Shown in pieces: positions 9,960-21,108 of a stretch of DNA of 64,000 nucleotides. A program made the position numbers and the translations under genes. How positions within the stretch are numbered: position 1 is the first letter of the stretch; every line of letters starts with the position of its first letter. The stretch is from Candidatus Marinacidobacterales bacterium (lineage in GTDB: Bacteria; Acidobacteriota; Vicinamibacteria; Marinacidobacterales; DATDRI01): assembly GCA_965219415.1 (NCBI GenBank), contig CBDCNP010000002.1, positions 1,920,001 through 1,984,000 of the forward strand. The letters run 5' to 3'. The notes under the pieces are model-generated. The model saw only the letters and a program-made list of their open reading frames with translations, searched no databases and had not been told where the DNA came from.

Positions 9960-11072
9960 ATGCATAAGAAAAGCAAGTATCTCCATGGACCCGAGATCAG
10001 CTCGCGCTCCATCGATCCGAATTGGTCCGTGGCGCAGCTCATCGACGATAGCTTCAACGCTTATAACGCCGGACGCCTCCGCGAATCTTGCCAGCTCTTC
10101 GTCGATCGCGTCCTCGACGACGATGTCACGGTAGGGCTCTCAGTCTCCGGAGCGCTCACGCCGGCCGGTCTCGGGCCAAGCGCGCTCATTCCGCTCATGG
10201 AGGCGGGCTTCGTAGATTGGATCATTTCTACCGGTGCCAATCTCTACCACGACACGCACTATGGCATCGGCTACGACATGCACCGTGGGACCCCCTTTGT
10301 CGACGACGTCAAGGTCTTCGAGGACCGAGTGGTTCGGATCTACGACATCTTCTTCAAGTTCGAAGACCTTCTATCTCTGGACAAGTATTATCAACGCCTG
10401 GTCTGCGCCGATGAATTTCAGAAGGAGATGTCGACCGCCGAGTTCCACTACCTTTGCGGCAAGTACGTGGGCGAACGGGAAAAGGCGCTGGGATTGGAGA
10501 ACCGCTCTTTTCTAGCCGCCGCGCATCGCTTGGGAGTCCCCATTTACACATCGTCACCCGGGGACAGTGCCATCGGTATGAACGTCGCCTCCATGGCGCT
10601 CAACGACAACAAGCTCAAGCTCGACATCTGTGCCGACGTCAACGAAACAACGGCCATCGTGTTCGACGCCAAGTTCAACGGCCGCAAGGCGGCCGCGGTC
10701 ATGCTCGGAGGCGGATCTCCGAAGAACTTCCTACTCCAAACCGAGCCCCAGATTCAGGAGATCCTCGGCTTCGACGAAAGGGGCTTCGACTACTTCATGC
10801 AGTTCACCGACGCGCGTCCGGACACCGGAGGCCTTTCCGGCGCCACCCCCGGTGAGGCCGTCAGCTGGGGAAAGGTCGACCCCGAGATGCTGCCGCATGC
10901 CATCGTCTCGTACGTCGATTCAACGATCGCTCTCCCGCTTCTTACTTCCTACGCTCTGGAGCGTCACAAACCTAGAAAGCTGAAGCGCCTCTACGATCAC
11001 CGCGCCGAGTTCGTCGACGCTCTAACCAAGGAATACCATAAGCGGGTCCCCGAGGTTCAGCCGCTCAAGTAA
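9960..11072 (+). CDS. Deoxyhypusine synthase-like protein (probable homospermidine synthase)
   Basis: [43 protein letters not shown]. Confidence 0.9.
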   Translation: MHKKSKYLHGPEISSRSIDPNWSVAQLIDDSFNAYNAGRLRESCQLFVDRVLDDDVTVGLSVSGALTPAGLGPSALIPLMEAGFVDWIISTGANLYHDTHYGIGYDMHRGTPFVDDVKVFEDRVVRIYDIFFKFEDLLSLDKYYQRLVCADEFQKEMSTAEFHYLCGKYVGEREKALGLENRSFLAAAHRLGVPIYTSSPGDSAIGMNVASMALNDNKLKLDICADVNETTAIVFDAKFNGRKAAAVMLGGGSPKNFLLQTEPQIQEILGFDERGFDYFMQFTDARPDTGGLSGATPGEAVSWGKVDPEMLPHAIVSYVDSTIALPLLTSYALERHKPRKLKRLYDHRAEFVDALTKEYHKRVPEVQPLK

Positions 11073-11124
11073 GCCCGCACGCCCCCGACTTGCCTTCTCC
11101 CGACGGAGCGGCTTACATTGTTCA

Positions 11125-12699
11125 GTGATGTTCCGGCTTCCCCTCAAAGTCGGGGTGGCACTGCTTATCGCCGCTGCGAGTAGCTCCGCCATCCCTAACG
11201 GCCAAGAAAGTACGCCCCGCATTGGGAACATCGAGATCATTTCGAGCGACGTCTTTCACGAGGCGCAGGACGAGGACGGACTCTGGGTCTACCGCTTCGC
11301 GAATAAGCTGCATATGCAAACCCGGGAAGACATTATTCGTCAAGAGCTACTCTTCGTTCCCGGAGACTCGCTCGACCCAAAGATCCTCGCCGAAACCGAG
11401 CGCAACCTCCGGAATCTCATTTTCATAAGGGACGCCAAGATCGAAACCGTCCCTGCCGACGACGGCACCGTTGACGTCCGAGTCCGAACGTTTGATGCTT
11501 GGAGCATGGTGCTGGAGCTCTCGTTCGCAAAGGTCGGGAACGAGTTCACCTGGGGAGTAGGTGCCTCCGAAAGGAACCTTCTCGGTCGAGGCAAACAGCT
11601 CGAGTTTACCTTCCGTCATGGGCTGGAGCGAGATAGCACGAACTTTTTCTATCGAGACCGGCGCGTAGGTGGATCGCGGGTGGCCGCGACCATAGGGTAC
11701 TCCGATCTTTCCGACGGTGGACGAGGCCAACTCTCGCTTCTTAAGCCTTTTCACTCTCTTCAGACACAATGGGCCTTCAGCTTTCGCCTGCTAGGGTTCG
11801 ATCAGCTCGCGCCTCTCTATTTCAATGGCGAACGCGTGATCGACCTCAGGCATATTCGCCGGTTCGGGGAAATCGACGTGGCTCGGGCGGTCCGGCGGAC
11901 GGGCACCAGCGCGGTCAGGCTCCACCTCGGCTACCGCAAGCAAGAGGATGAAGTCGAAGGGACGCTCCGAGACTTCGGAGTCCTACAGATCGGAATCAGC
12001 ACCGAACAACACCGTTTCTTGAAGCTTACGCACGTGAATCGATTCGAGGTCGCTGAGGACTTCAACCTCGGCAATCGCGCATCGGCATTCTTCGGTGCCT
12101 CGACACCGGCACTAGGGGGAGAACCCGGTACCGCATACTTCCTCTTCCTGTCGGAGCAAGTCGGTGCCGAACTGGGTATCGGGCATTTCATTCGTGGTCG
12201 AGCTACCTGGCGAGTCCGACATCGCCGCGGGGGATGGGAGAACAGCCTCGCGGTCTTTCGTTTGGACTATGTGAATAAGATGGCCCCTCGCCGCACGTTT
12301 CTTGCGCTGGCGCGATTGCTCTACGGAAACAATCTCGATCCGGAAGTCCAGCTGACTCTGGGCGCACACAACGGCCTGCGCGGCTATCCGGTCTTTCAGT
12401 TTGCGGGCGACCGTTCGCTTCTTTTCAGCGCCGAGAAGCGCTTCTTCATTGCGGACGAGGTCTTTCGCCTCGCGTCATTCGCCCTTGGCGTCTTCGCCGA
12501 TGCCGGCTACGCTTGGCCGCGCCCGGTCAGGATGTCGCTGAGCGATCTCAGGGGCGACGTAGGTGTCGGTTTACTCATCGGTAGAAACCGTTTGTCGGCG
12601 TCGCGGCCCGGGGTCCGCTTCGATCTGGCGTACGCGCTCCACCCTGTTGTCGGCAGGAGCCGTTGGTTGTTCTCGGTTGGATCGCAAATCGGGCTCTAA
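11125..12699 (+). CDS. Omp85/BamA-TamA family outer-membrane protein
   Basis: Signal peptide, POTRA-like TREDIIRQELLF..ETERNLR, ERNLLGRG, GLRGYP motif, amphipathic C-terminal strands. Confidence 0.8.
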   Translation: MMFRLPLKVGVALLIAAASSSAIPNGQESTPRIGNIEIISSDVFHEAQDEDGLWVYRFANKLHMQTREDIIRQELLFVPGDSLDPKILAETERNLRNLIFIRDAKIETVPADDGTVDVRVRTFDAWSMVLELSFAKVGNEFTWGVGASERNLLGRGKQLEFTFRHGLERDSTNFFYRDRRVGGSRVAATIGYSDLSDGGRGQLSLLKPFHSLQTQWAFSFRLLGFDQLAPLYFNGERVIDLRHIRRFGEIDVARAVRRTGTSAVRLHLGYRKQEDEVEGTLRDFGVLQIGISTEQHRFLKLTHVNRFEVAEDFNLGNRASAFFGASTPALGGEPGTAYFLFLSEQVGAELGIGHFIRGRATWRVRHRRGGWENSLAVFRLDYVNKMAPRRTFLALARLLYGNNLDPEVQLTLGAHNGLRGYPVFQFAGDRSLLFSAEKRFFIADEVFRLASFALGVFADAGYAWPRPVRMSLSDLRGDVGVGLLIGRNRLSASRPGVRFDLAYALHPVVGRSRWLFSVGSQIGL

Positions 12700-12725
12700 T
12701 TGACGCTGGCTTCCTTCCTTTACTG

Positions 12726-12821
12726 CCTCTCCCTTCCGCCTTCGCTGATGCTTCGGCGGACCCGCCGAAGTCGTTGGAATAGAAGCGGACGGAGGCGGGT
12801 TGGGAGAGGCCTAGGTGAGGG
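12726..12821. repeat. REP/MITE-like palindromic element, copy 1
   Basis: CCTCTCCC...GGGAGAGG outer IR enclosing CTTCGGCGGACCCGCCGAAG; the 84-bp core 12726-12809 matches 19004-19087 in reverse orientation. Confidence 0.8.
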
Positions 12822-12835
12822 ACTAGTCGGAAACC

Positions 12836-13399
12836 CTATTTCTTCTCCAGCACCACCAGAAACTGCCGGTCTACGAAGTGCTCCACGCCAACAAGATCTA
12901 GACCTGCGTTCGTCCCGAGCCGCTTGACTTCAGGCGAGGAGATGAACGCGTCGAACCCGTCGTTCCGGACACCGATCACGCCGATGCGTCCGCCCTTTCG
13001 GAGTCGCTTGCTGCACTCAACGAGCGTGTGTTCCAGCTCCTGCAAATCTTGTCTCGCCATGGTGACATGCAAGGAAAGCATGGCGTCCAAGCCGGGCGGC
13101 AGAGCGGCTACGATTTCTACTGAGGGTACCGTGCGAGCGATGCCATCCGAGACACGACTCGAAGGAGCAATGGCGAAGACGCGACCCACGTCCCCGACAC
13201 GCAGCAGCAATCGTTTGACGAAATAAGTATCGGACGGCGTCCATTCCGCCGCGCGCATCCCGGGCTGAACGCCAATTGCATCTAGAACCGCCTCCGGCTC
13301 CTGCCAACGGTCTCTTCTACCCCTGGCGCCTTGTTGGTACATGTAGAGCCCGGCCAGAGTCGCTACCGCCAAGATGACGGGCAAGAAGGCCAACACCAT
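12836..13399 (-). CDS. Membrane-anchored class I methyltransferase-like protein with degenerate motif I
   Basis: RDRWQEPEAVLDAIGVQPGMRAAE, VGDVGRVFAI, LRKGGRIGVI, QFLVVLEK. Confidence 0.6.
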   Translation of the reverse strand: MVLAFLPVILAVATLAGLYMYQQGARGRRDRWQEPEAVLDAIGVQPGMRAAEWTPSDTYFVKRLLLRVGDVGRVFAIAPSSRVSDGIARTVPSVEIVAALPPGLDAMLSLHVTMARQDLQELEHTLVECSKRLRKGGRIGVIGVRNDGFDAFISSPEVKRLGTNAGLDLVGVEHFVDRQFLVVLEKK

Positions 13400-13434
13400 G
13401 TAATGGCGTGGAAGCTTCTTCGTTATTGGGGGTG

Positions 13435-15147
13435 TCAGTTGGCGTCCGTGCTGTCGTTGAGGCTTACCGGGTAAACCACTTCGCCGCCCACGACGGTGTA
13501 GAGCACTTCGGTATCTAGAATCTCGCGCGGCTGCAGAGTCAGAATATCCTTGGACAAGACGGTGATGTCCGCCAGTTTCCCGGCCTCCAACGAACCCTTG
13601 TCTTGATCTTGAAAGGCAGCATAGGCCGCATCGAGCGTGTAGGACCGGAGCGCCTGTTCCAGGCTCATCCTTTGGTCAGGGAACCAGCCTCCCTCGGGTT
13701 TCCCCTGCTTGTCCTGACGAGTGATGGACGCATAGAGGGACTCTAGTGCCGAAATTCTCTCGACCGGTGCATCGGTGCCGTTGGCGATCTTGGTTCCCGA
13801 AAGGAGAAGCTTCTGCCACACGTAAGCCCCTTCTGCACTCCGCTCTTCGCCGAGTCGATCGGCCACCCACGGCATGTCGGAGGTGGCATGCACGCCTTGC
13901 ATGGAAGCAATGACGCCAAGCTGGGCGAAGCGGCGGATGTCGATCTCATCCAGAATCTGTGCATGCTCGATTCGAAACCTCGGATCGTCGACGGTTGCGT
14001 TATCGTCGAAAGCCCTTTGGAACGCATTCAGCACTTCGCGGTTGGCCCGATCACCGATAGCATGCACGTTGAGTTGGTAGCCCGCACTGAGCGCCCGATC
14101 TGCAATGTTGAAAACGTCCTCTTCGCTCAGGATAGTAAGGCCTCTCCAGTCGGGACGATCGACATAGGGCTCGAGAAGCGCCGCACCTCGTGAGCCGAGC
14201 GCGCCGTCAGCGACGAGTTTCACCGAGCGAATCGTGAGCCAGGGCGAGATCTCCGGTTTGTGAGAGAAGAACCGCTCCAGAAGTTCCGGATCACTGCCAT
14301 CCAACATGAGGTAGAGACGCAGTTTGAGATCACCTCGAGTCAGAGCGTCACGGTATAGCTCGATGTCGCGAGCACCCACACCTGCGTCGTGAACGCTGGT
14401 GATGCCCGCTCGTAGGGCTGCGTCCTGTGCGCTCTGGAACGCCTTGCGGCGATCCTCGTCACTCGGAGCCGGAATGCTATTGGTGATCAGATCCTTGGCG
14501 AGATCGATGAAGACGCCGGTCGGGTTCCCCTCCTCGTCACGAATGATCTCACCCCCCTCCGGATCGGCCGTTTCGTGATCGACACCCGCCAGCTCCATCG
14601 CCTTGGAATTGGCCCAGCCGACGTGCATATCGATTCGCGTGAGGTAGACCGGTTGCTCGGGAGCCACTCGATCGAGGATAGCCGCAGTGGGAAACTCCTT
14701 GTTCTTCCAGTCGTTTTGGTCCCAACCGTGCCCCCGGATCCAAATGGCTTCCTGTTCCTCGCCTTCTTCGTCCTCGTTTGCAGGGGGCGCGGCGACGTCC
14801 TTCAACTTGCGGGCGATCTCGTTCGAGCTTCGAGTGCCGACGAGATCCAACTGCAACTCGGCGAAACCGAGATCCATAAAGTGAGCGTGGGAATCGATGA
14901 ATCCTGGGACGGCCAGCGCACCGGCGAGATCGAGGATCCTCGTCTCCTTCCCCACGAAGTCGTTTACTTCGGCCGTGGTGCCAACGGCGGTGATGAGCCC
15001 GCCGGTCACGGCAAGAGCTTCCGCTACCGGACGTTCCGCAGACAAGGTGATGATTTTGCCGTTGCGAAGCACGAAGTCCGCTTTCGGCCCAGACGGAAGG
15101 CAGGCCGCAGCCAATGCCAGAGAGGTGAAGCAAAGAAGCACGCGCAT
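13435..15147 (-). CDS. Amidohydrolase-3 (YtcJ-like) lipoprotein
   Basis: Lipobox LAAAC, PGFIDSHAH, DGALGSRGA, HAIGDRAN, RIEHAQ, GKLAD. Confidence 0.9.
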   Translation of the reverse strand: MRVLLCFTSLALAAACLPSGPKADFVLRNGKIITLSAERPVAEALAVTGGLITAVGTTAEVNDFVGKETRILDLAGALAVPGFIDSHAHFMDLGFAELQLDLVGTRSSNEIARKLKDVAAPPANEDEEGEEQEAIWIRGHGWDQNDWKNKEFPTAAILDRVAPEQPVYLTRIDMHVGWANSKAMELAGVDHETADPEGGEIIRDEEGNPTGVFIDLAKDLITNSIPAPSDEDRRKAFQSAQDAALRAGITSVHDAGVGARDIELYRDALTRGDLKLRLYLMLDGSDPELLERFFSHKPEISPWLTIRSVKLVADGALGSRGAALLEPYVDRPDWRGLTILSEEDVFNIADRALSAGYQLNVHAIGDRANREVLNAFQRAFDDNATVDDPRFRIEHAQILDEIDIRRFAQLGVIASMQGVHATSDMPWVADRLGEERSAEGAYVWQKLLLSGTKIANGTDAPVERISALESLYASITRQDKQGKPEGGWFPDQRMSLEQALRSYTLDAAYAAFQDQDKGSLEAGKLADITVLSKDILTLQPREILDTEVLYTVVGGEVVYPVSLNDSTDAN

Positions 15148-15197
15148 TCTGTTCTCTTGAGAGTCCTCTTCGACCTCGGCTATGCCGGCTATGCCCG

Positions 15198-16020
15198 TTA
15201 TGACTGAGCGGTCAAAACCTCGCCTAGTCCGTCGAGAAATCGGTGATTGTCCTCGGGCAGCCCGATTGAGACACGCAAGAATTTCGGTTTGCCCCACGAT
15301 TTGCCATCGGTGACGTAAACTTTCTGCTCCCGCAACGCTTTCTTCACCGGGGCCGCCTCACGTTCCAGATCCACCATCACGAAGGGCGCCACGTGAGGAT
15401 AACTGTCGAGGCCGAGCGCTTGGGTGCCCGCCCGGATATCAATTGGACACCCTCGGTGATCGTCCGCATTTAGGCCTTTTTCAGCGCGTCGGCGTCCATT
15501 GCTCCGTGCGATGCGAGAGGAACCTTGACCACTTTGGCACCCATCGATTTCGCCACCTTGGCCGACCAACCGTAGCGGGATCGTGGAGAAGCATGCTTCC
15601 CCCGTCTCCAAGAAGGGTCCACGGCAGAATGTTAAGGAACTCTGTGGATCCGCAGCCGACTATCACTTCCTTGGGGGAAACGCCGTGATACTGCGCAATC
15701 ACATCGTTGAGCGGTGCGATATTGTTGTAGCGATTGGATCCATGGAAGTCGTGCTGAACCACCGCATCGATCGCCTTTCGGGAGGGACCGATTGGGTTCT
15801 CGTTGAAATTCAGGCGCACTGCCCCCTGTGGATAACCGGTTGGAATCTCGTCGGGAACACCGTCACCCACGTTCGGCCCTCCGGTGACCTTCGATTGTGC
15901 AAAAGCATGGTGTGGTGGGGTCAGGGACGTAACCCCTGCGGTGGCTGCGACCGCGCGCAAAAACGCACGCCGTGTCGGCCCGATTCCCTCCGGATAGCAG
16001 CTCCAAGCCGGATGCTTCAT
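15198..16020 (-). pseudogene. Tat-exported HisC-like class I/II aminotransferase, internally deleted and frameshifted
   Basis: TRRAFL Tat motif, LNFNENPIGPS, GCGSTE and C-terminal LRVSIG present; no PLP-lysine (TFSK-type) segment seen; about 270 codons. Confidence 0.75.
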
Positions 16021-16247
16021 CGCAAGTTTTCCTCCAGGATCCACGCGGGCCGGCGGTCTGGAACCGACCGCAACGCGGCAAGCCTACCGCCGATTCCGCT
16101 TCGCTGCAAGGTTCGCGGCGCCCGAAGCTAAGAGGTTGACTCCCCCGACCGCAACCGGATACCATGCCGAGGATCGAGCAAACTCAAATCCTTTCTCATC
16201 CTTGACTTTGATGACGAATCGGCGACTGTAGACCGCGGAGGGAACGA

Positions 16248-16526
16248 ATGGCTGGAAGGGGTAAGGACAAAACGGCGGCGGGCATTTTGGGAATCTTGCT
16301 GGGCGGACTGGGAGTCCACCAGTTCTATCTTGGCTCGATGGGCACTGGGCTGATCTTGATTGCCGCAACCGTGGTTACCTGCGGAATCGGTGGCGCGATC
16401 CTCGGCCTCATCGAAGGGATCATCCTCTTGACGATGAGCGACGACGACTTCAACAAGCGCTACAACGACCGAACTCCGCAGTCTGTCGAGTTCGTCTTCA
16501 TGAAGCCGAAAGAGGCGTCTGGCTAG
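16248..16526 (+). CDS. TM2-domain membrane protein
   Basis: KTAAGILGILLGGLGVHQFYLG, IEGIILLTMSDDDFNKRY. Confidence 0.9.
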   Translation: MAGRGKDKTAAGILGILLGGLGVHQFYLGSMGTGLILIAATVVTCGIGGAILGLIEGIILLTMSDDDFNKRYNDRTPQSVEFVFMKPKEASG

Positions 16527-16587
16527 GCCGATACCGGCAACCACCGGGTGTGACGCCAAGCACGAACAGCCCCCGACTATTTGGCGG

Positions 16588-18942
16588 CTACTGCGCAGAT
16601 CGTGCGTGGGCGCGGGGCGAGGGCTTCGCATGCCAATCGGCGACGACGCGCTCCGCCGGCTTTCCCCGCGGCGTCCAAACGTCGCCTCCCGAACCGGCGT
16701 TCGCGGGGTCGGAGAACCATTTCCACCAATAGAATCCATAGAACCAGGGGCGCGACCAATAGGTCTCGAACGTAACCCGGTAGAGAAGTGCCTGCCGTTC
16801 CCGAGATCGGTCGGGCTGCCCTCGTGTTTAGCGGTTCCCGCCGCGCGAACGGAAGGAAAGCCGACTTCGGTGAAGACCACCGGCTGGCCGACGCGAAGCG
16901 CAACCGCTTCTATCCGCTCCGCTACGCGCTCCGCTGCAACGCGGAGTTGCTCTTCGTCGGCGTCTGCACCCTTCGCTAGCGGGTAGTAAGTTATCGAGTC
17001 CAGCGACATCGAGCGCATCCCAAAAGGTAAGGCTCTCGAATTCCTCGTACCAGTTGGCGGCGTAAGTGAGAGGGCCCTGATAGACCCGCCTCACTTTCGC
17101 GATGATCTCGCGGATTTTCTCCGGTCGCTCGAGGGCCGGGTGAGTCAGCTCGGTGCCCACGCAGAAGAGGTCCACCCGCAGCTCTTCAGCCAAGAGCGCG
17201 TACGACAGGATCCAGCTTTCGTAGCTTTCGAACCAAGCATTCCACTCCTGGTCGGTCTCGAAATCGATGTCGCTCGGCCAGTCTTGGTAGCTGAGCCAGA
17301 TCTGCGGCTTCATCATGACCCGCAATCCCAGTCGCCTCGCGTCCGCGGTGGCCACCCGAATCGACTCGTCGCTCTCGGTGCTGATCGAGCTTCCGGCGCG
17401 ACGGATCGCGGTTCGGTGGACCGGTGAAGTAAAGCCGTAAGGCACCAGTGCCACAGCGTTGGCCGCTAGGTCTCGCAGTCCCTTGAGAGATTCCAACGAA
17501 CGGGCGGTCGGATACCCACTCTCGCGACTGTTCGTGTAGGCATAGTTGAAACCCTTGTGAAAGACTTTGGCACTGGAATAAGACCGACGCGAAAGCTCTG
17601 CTTTTTCCGCGAAACCCTCGGCGTCGGAGGAGGCCTCACGTTCAAGCTGACGTTGCCACCTCTTTTCCCAAGTTTGCAGGCGGGGCTCCCCGTGCCCCGT
17701 GTAGTGACGACGAAATTCGTCGCTCGTCATCTGCTTTCGAAGAAAAGAGACCCAGCTCGCCGCGTAGGCTCGATAGACCGGCTCGGGAAAGGCCAGCGAC
17801 AGACGGTCATCGGTCGCCGCGAGCCGCCGGAGCTCGGGAGGGAACCCGAGGTAGGCGAATCGAGCCGCCTCCTCCTCGAACGGCAGTCCGGCCAACATCC
17901 GCGAGTACCCGGCCCGCAGATACGGCTCGACCGGAGCTCCCAACAAACGGTCCAAGAGCAACCCCACTTCTTCGGCTCCGTCCAGGCCACTGCGCTCCGC
18001 AGAGTAGATTGCGTGGACCGTTAGCATGCTCGAATCGACATGGGACCGAGCCATCGAATCGACCAACCGGCCCTTGGTCTCGTGGGTCGGATAGAGATAG
18101 AAACGGATCGATAGCTCCGGCAGGTCGCCCAATTCCTGAGCCGCCCGGTCGAGCCGGGCCCCTAGGGTCTCGAGGATCGCCTGATGCTTCGATTCTGCGA
18201 AGCTCGCCTCCGGGTAGTAAAGCTCCAAGCGATCGCCAGCCGACCGCTGTAGAGTCTCCGCCCACGCTTCTTGCTCCGCCAGAATGTCGACGTCGGAGGC
18301 CGAGTCTATGCGGCCTTCGGACAGTCGCCCGTAGCGAATGGCGCGACGGCCTTCGAGAATCGAATAGTCCAGTCGCCCGAACCAAAAGCCTCGCCGCGAC
18401 AGAGGGGATTCGTGGGTTGCTCCAGCAACGAGAACCACCGGACGCTCCGGATTCCACGGTGAAAGCGTCAGGAGTCGAAGTACGTGCTCGACTTTTTGGT
18501 AAGATCGTCCGCCAAACGAGAAGCCTTTCGAAAAACGAACCGGCGTTTCCTCAACGATCTCACGGACCCATCGATTTGCTTCGGGTCGACCAATTAAGAT
18601 GATGGCAGCTTCCTTGCGATCGGAGGAAGAGAGGTTGTGATCAGCGATCACTTTCGCTGGACGGCCCCAAGAGTGATAACGCTCCGCGAACCGCTCGGCC
18701 TCAGCACGATACTGGTCCGACCACTTCGGGGCAGCCGTCCCGTAAACGATGAGAAGGGGGGCTCCCTCGCGAAGGGAACGCACCGCACGGCGGCGTTTCA
18801 CTTCCCATGATTCGCCCTCGGCAGTGAGCGAATGGACGCCGAGATGGAGGAGCACCGCTCCACCGAAGAGAACGGTCACGGCCAGGAATAAAGACCAGAC
18901 TCGGTGCACAGAGCTACTATAGCCCACGGTGGGCCTACGCAT
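16588..18942 (-). pseudogene. GH113-like glycoside hydrolase with long N-terminal extension, two frameshifts near the 3' end
   Basis: VALVPYGF, MMKPQIW, CVGTEL, TYAANW, then YYPL..VVFTEVGF and GFYWWKW..PRGKPAE in shifted frames. Confidence 0.75.
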
Positions 18943-18945
18943 TGA

Positions 18946-19088
18946 CCCTCACCCGGCGTCTGACAACGTTGTAGCGGCGCGCACCCCCGTTTGTCGACGC
19001 CACCCTCTCCCAGCCCGCCTCCGTCCGCGTCCATTCTGAGAACTTCGGCGGGTCCGCCGAAGCTTCCGCGAAGGCGGAAGGGAGAGGG
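18946..19088. repeat. REP/MITE-like palindromic element, copy 2
   Basis: CCCTCACCCGGCGTCTG...CCCTCTCCC...GGGAGAGGG; core homologous to 12726-12809. Confidence 0.8.
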
Positions 19089-19110
19089 AATAAAGGATGA
19101 AGAGTCTTTG

Positions 19111-19896
19111 TTACCGTCTAGGAATCAAATGATGCCCGAAAATCAAACTTAGGATCAGAGCAGCGCAAAGCACGAAGTGCGGGGCAGTCAAACGCGGATA
19201 CATCCACAACCAAAAGCGACCCTTGGGCTCGCGATCGTTCATTCGCAGCCGAGCATAGAAGATCCTCTGGATCGCAATGAGGTTGGTGAAGATCGCGAGA
19301 ATCCAGAGCGTGATGTGCAGGTTGAAGGCAAGCATACCAATAATGATGGTGACCGTCCGCTCCGCCCGCTCCATGAAACCGACTTTGCAACTATCGATGA
19401 CGTTCTCGGCGCGGGCTCGCACGTAAGACGTGGTCGCCGTTCCAACGACCGCCAAAGACCAAAGCGTGAAGTAGAGAAGACGATGCGAGTGGATGTGTCG
19501 GTTGGTGTAGACCAGGATCGCAAACAGCATGATGAAATCGGTGTAGCGATCTACGACCGAATCCAGGAAGCCCCCGAAGAGCGTGCTTCCTCTGGAGATG
19601 CGGGCCACCGCCCCATCGAGCAGATCGAAGGCGCCAGCGGCGATCAGAACCAGTCCGGCCAGCCTTTGGTTTCCCTCGAAGACCGGTATAAAGACCAAGG
19701 ACACCACCACCGGCCCAGTCAGGGTCACCACGTTGGGCGAGATTCCGACGCGGATGATGCCGCGGGCGATGGCGTCCCTCGCCCAGCCGAAGACGCCCGC
19801 CACGGCCCTCGAAAGGGCGACCGCGATCGCCCGGAGGAACGCGTTGAGTCCGGGCGGCGGCGGATGTGGCTGATCTAGAGTGACTTTGGCTTCCAC
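19111..19896 (-). CDS. CDP-alcohol phosphatidyltransferase
   Basis: Signature DLLDGAVAR...GGFLDSVVDRYTD, SPNVVT, SYVRARAE, GFMERAER. Confidence 0.92.
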   Translation of the reverse strand: MEAKVTLDQPHPPPPGLNAFLRAIAVALSRAVAGVFGWARDAIARGIIRVGISPNVVTLTGPVVVSLVFIPVFEGNQRLAGLVLIAAGAFDLLDGAVARISRGSTLFGGFLDSVVDRYTDFIMLFAILVYTNRHIHSHRLLYFTLWSLAVVGTATTSYVRARAENVIDSCKVGFMERAERTVTIIIGMLAFNLHITLWILAIFTNLIAIQRIFYARLRMNDREPKGRFWLWMYPRLTAPHFVLCAALILSLIFGHHLIPRR

Positions 19897-20034
19897 GGTG
19901 ACTATGTCCCAGGCTGACTAGGGTCAGGGAGTGTATCACACCATCGCGCCACCCGCTCACGCCGCCATCTTCGCTGGCGCGTCCACCAAGGGGGTTGGCT
20001 GCGTGCTAAGATCCCGCTATTCAGCGACCTCGGC

Positions 20035-20979
20035 ATGAACGATAGCCTCCCTCTTATCATCATCAATCCCGCCGCCCGCGGTGGTGCCGCCGGTCGCTCC
20101 TGGACGAGCGCGGCAGCTACCGTCCGCGCGCACTTCGGACCTTACGAGTGTGCTTTTACGAAGGCTAGAGGTGACGCTACCCGCATCGCAGAGGAGCAAT
20201 CACGATCGGGACGCCGACTGCTGATCACATTCGGTGGCGACGGCACCATCAGCGAAGTGGCCGGCGGTATCTTGCGCTCGGGTGCTAACGTCGAGCTCGG
20301 CTTCTTGCCGCAAGGAACGGGAGGCGACTTCCTGCGAACGATCGGCACGCCGAAACGATTGGCCGACGCGGCCCGAGCCCTCCGTTCGAGCGAACCACGT
20401 CGAATAGACGCCGGCAGGGTGGAATACACAGACGCTGAAGGGAAGACCGCATCCCGCTACTTCATTAATTCGTCGTCGTTCGGCCTGAGCGGAGAGGTTG
20501 CCGAACGCATGAACCAGGCGAATCGTTCGAGCGGGATCGGCTCCGCCCTCGGAGGAAAATTCGCTTACGCGACTCACACCGTCAAGGCCGCGTTGGCGTT
20601 CGACGCACCGGAGGTCTGGATCGAGACCGAAGACGAGAAGCGACAACTGCCGATCACTCAGGTCTCGGTCAACAACGGCAGATTCTTCGGCGGCGGCATG
20701 AAAATCGCGCCCGAGGCTAGGCTAGTAGACGGGCTTCTCGACCTCATTGTGATTCGAAAGGTCTCTTTCGCCCGGATCCTCGCCGACGGTCCAAGTATCT
20801 ACACCGGAACCCACGTCTCACTCCCGGAAGTGGATCACTCACAGGTGAAGTCGATCCGAGCTTGGCCCTTGGATGAAGCGGTCCGCGTCGGCGTGGAAGT
20901 GGACGGTGAGTCCCCCGGCACCCTGCCGGCGCAATTCGAAGTGTGCCCGGCTGCTCTCACCGTTCGCGTACCAGTCTAA
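20035..20979 (+). CDS. Diacylglycerol kinase family lipid kinase (YegS/DgkB-like)
   Basis: IINPAA, GGDGTISEV, GTGGDF, NGRFFGGGM, VDGE. Confidence 0.92.
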   Translation: MNDSLPLIIINPAARGGAAGRSWTSAAATVRAHFGPYECAFTKARGDATRIAEEQSRSGRRLLITFGGDGTISEVAGGILRSGANVELGFLPQGTGGDFLRTIGTPKRLADAARALRSSEPRRIDAGRVEYTDAEGKTASRYFINSSSFGLSGEVAERMNQANRSSGIGSALGGKFAYATHTVKAALAFDAPEVWIETEDEKRQLPITQVSVNNGRFFGGGMKIAPEARLVDGLLDLIVIRKVSFARILADGPSIYTGTHVSLPEVDHSQVKSIRAWPLDEAVRVGVEVDGESPGTLPAQFEVCPAALTVRVPV

Positions 20980-21108
20980 ACGCGAAAATCCGTATTTTTG
21001 CGGGGTCACAGACACCGGGCGGATCTACTATGCTTCGTGACCCGCGCTGAGTTTGCCGCTACTCACTTCTTCGGCATGGGCGGCGGGGTGTAGCCTGGCC
21101 ACGAGCTC

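Noticed and set aside
9960-11072. DHS-like enzyme as the modifier of EF-P at 36158
   Set aside because: The genes are 25 kb apart, and bacterial DHS-like proteins are mainly linked to homospermidine synthesis. Nothing in the sequence connects them.
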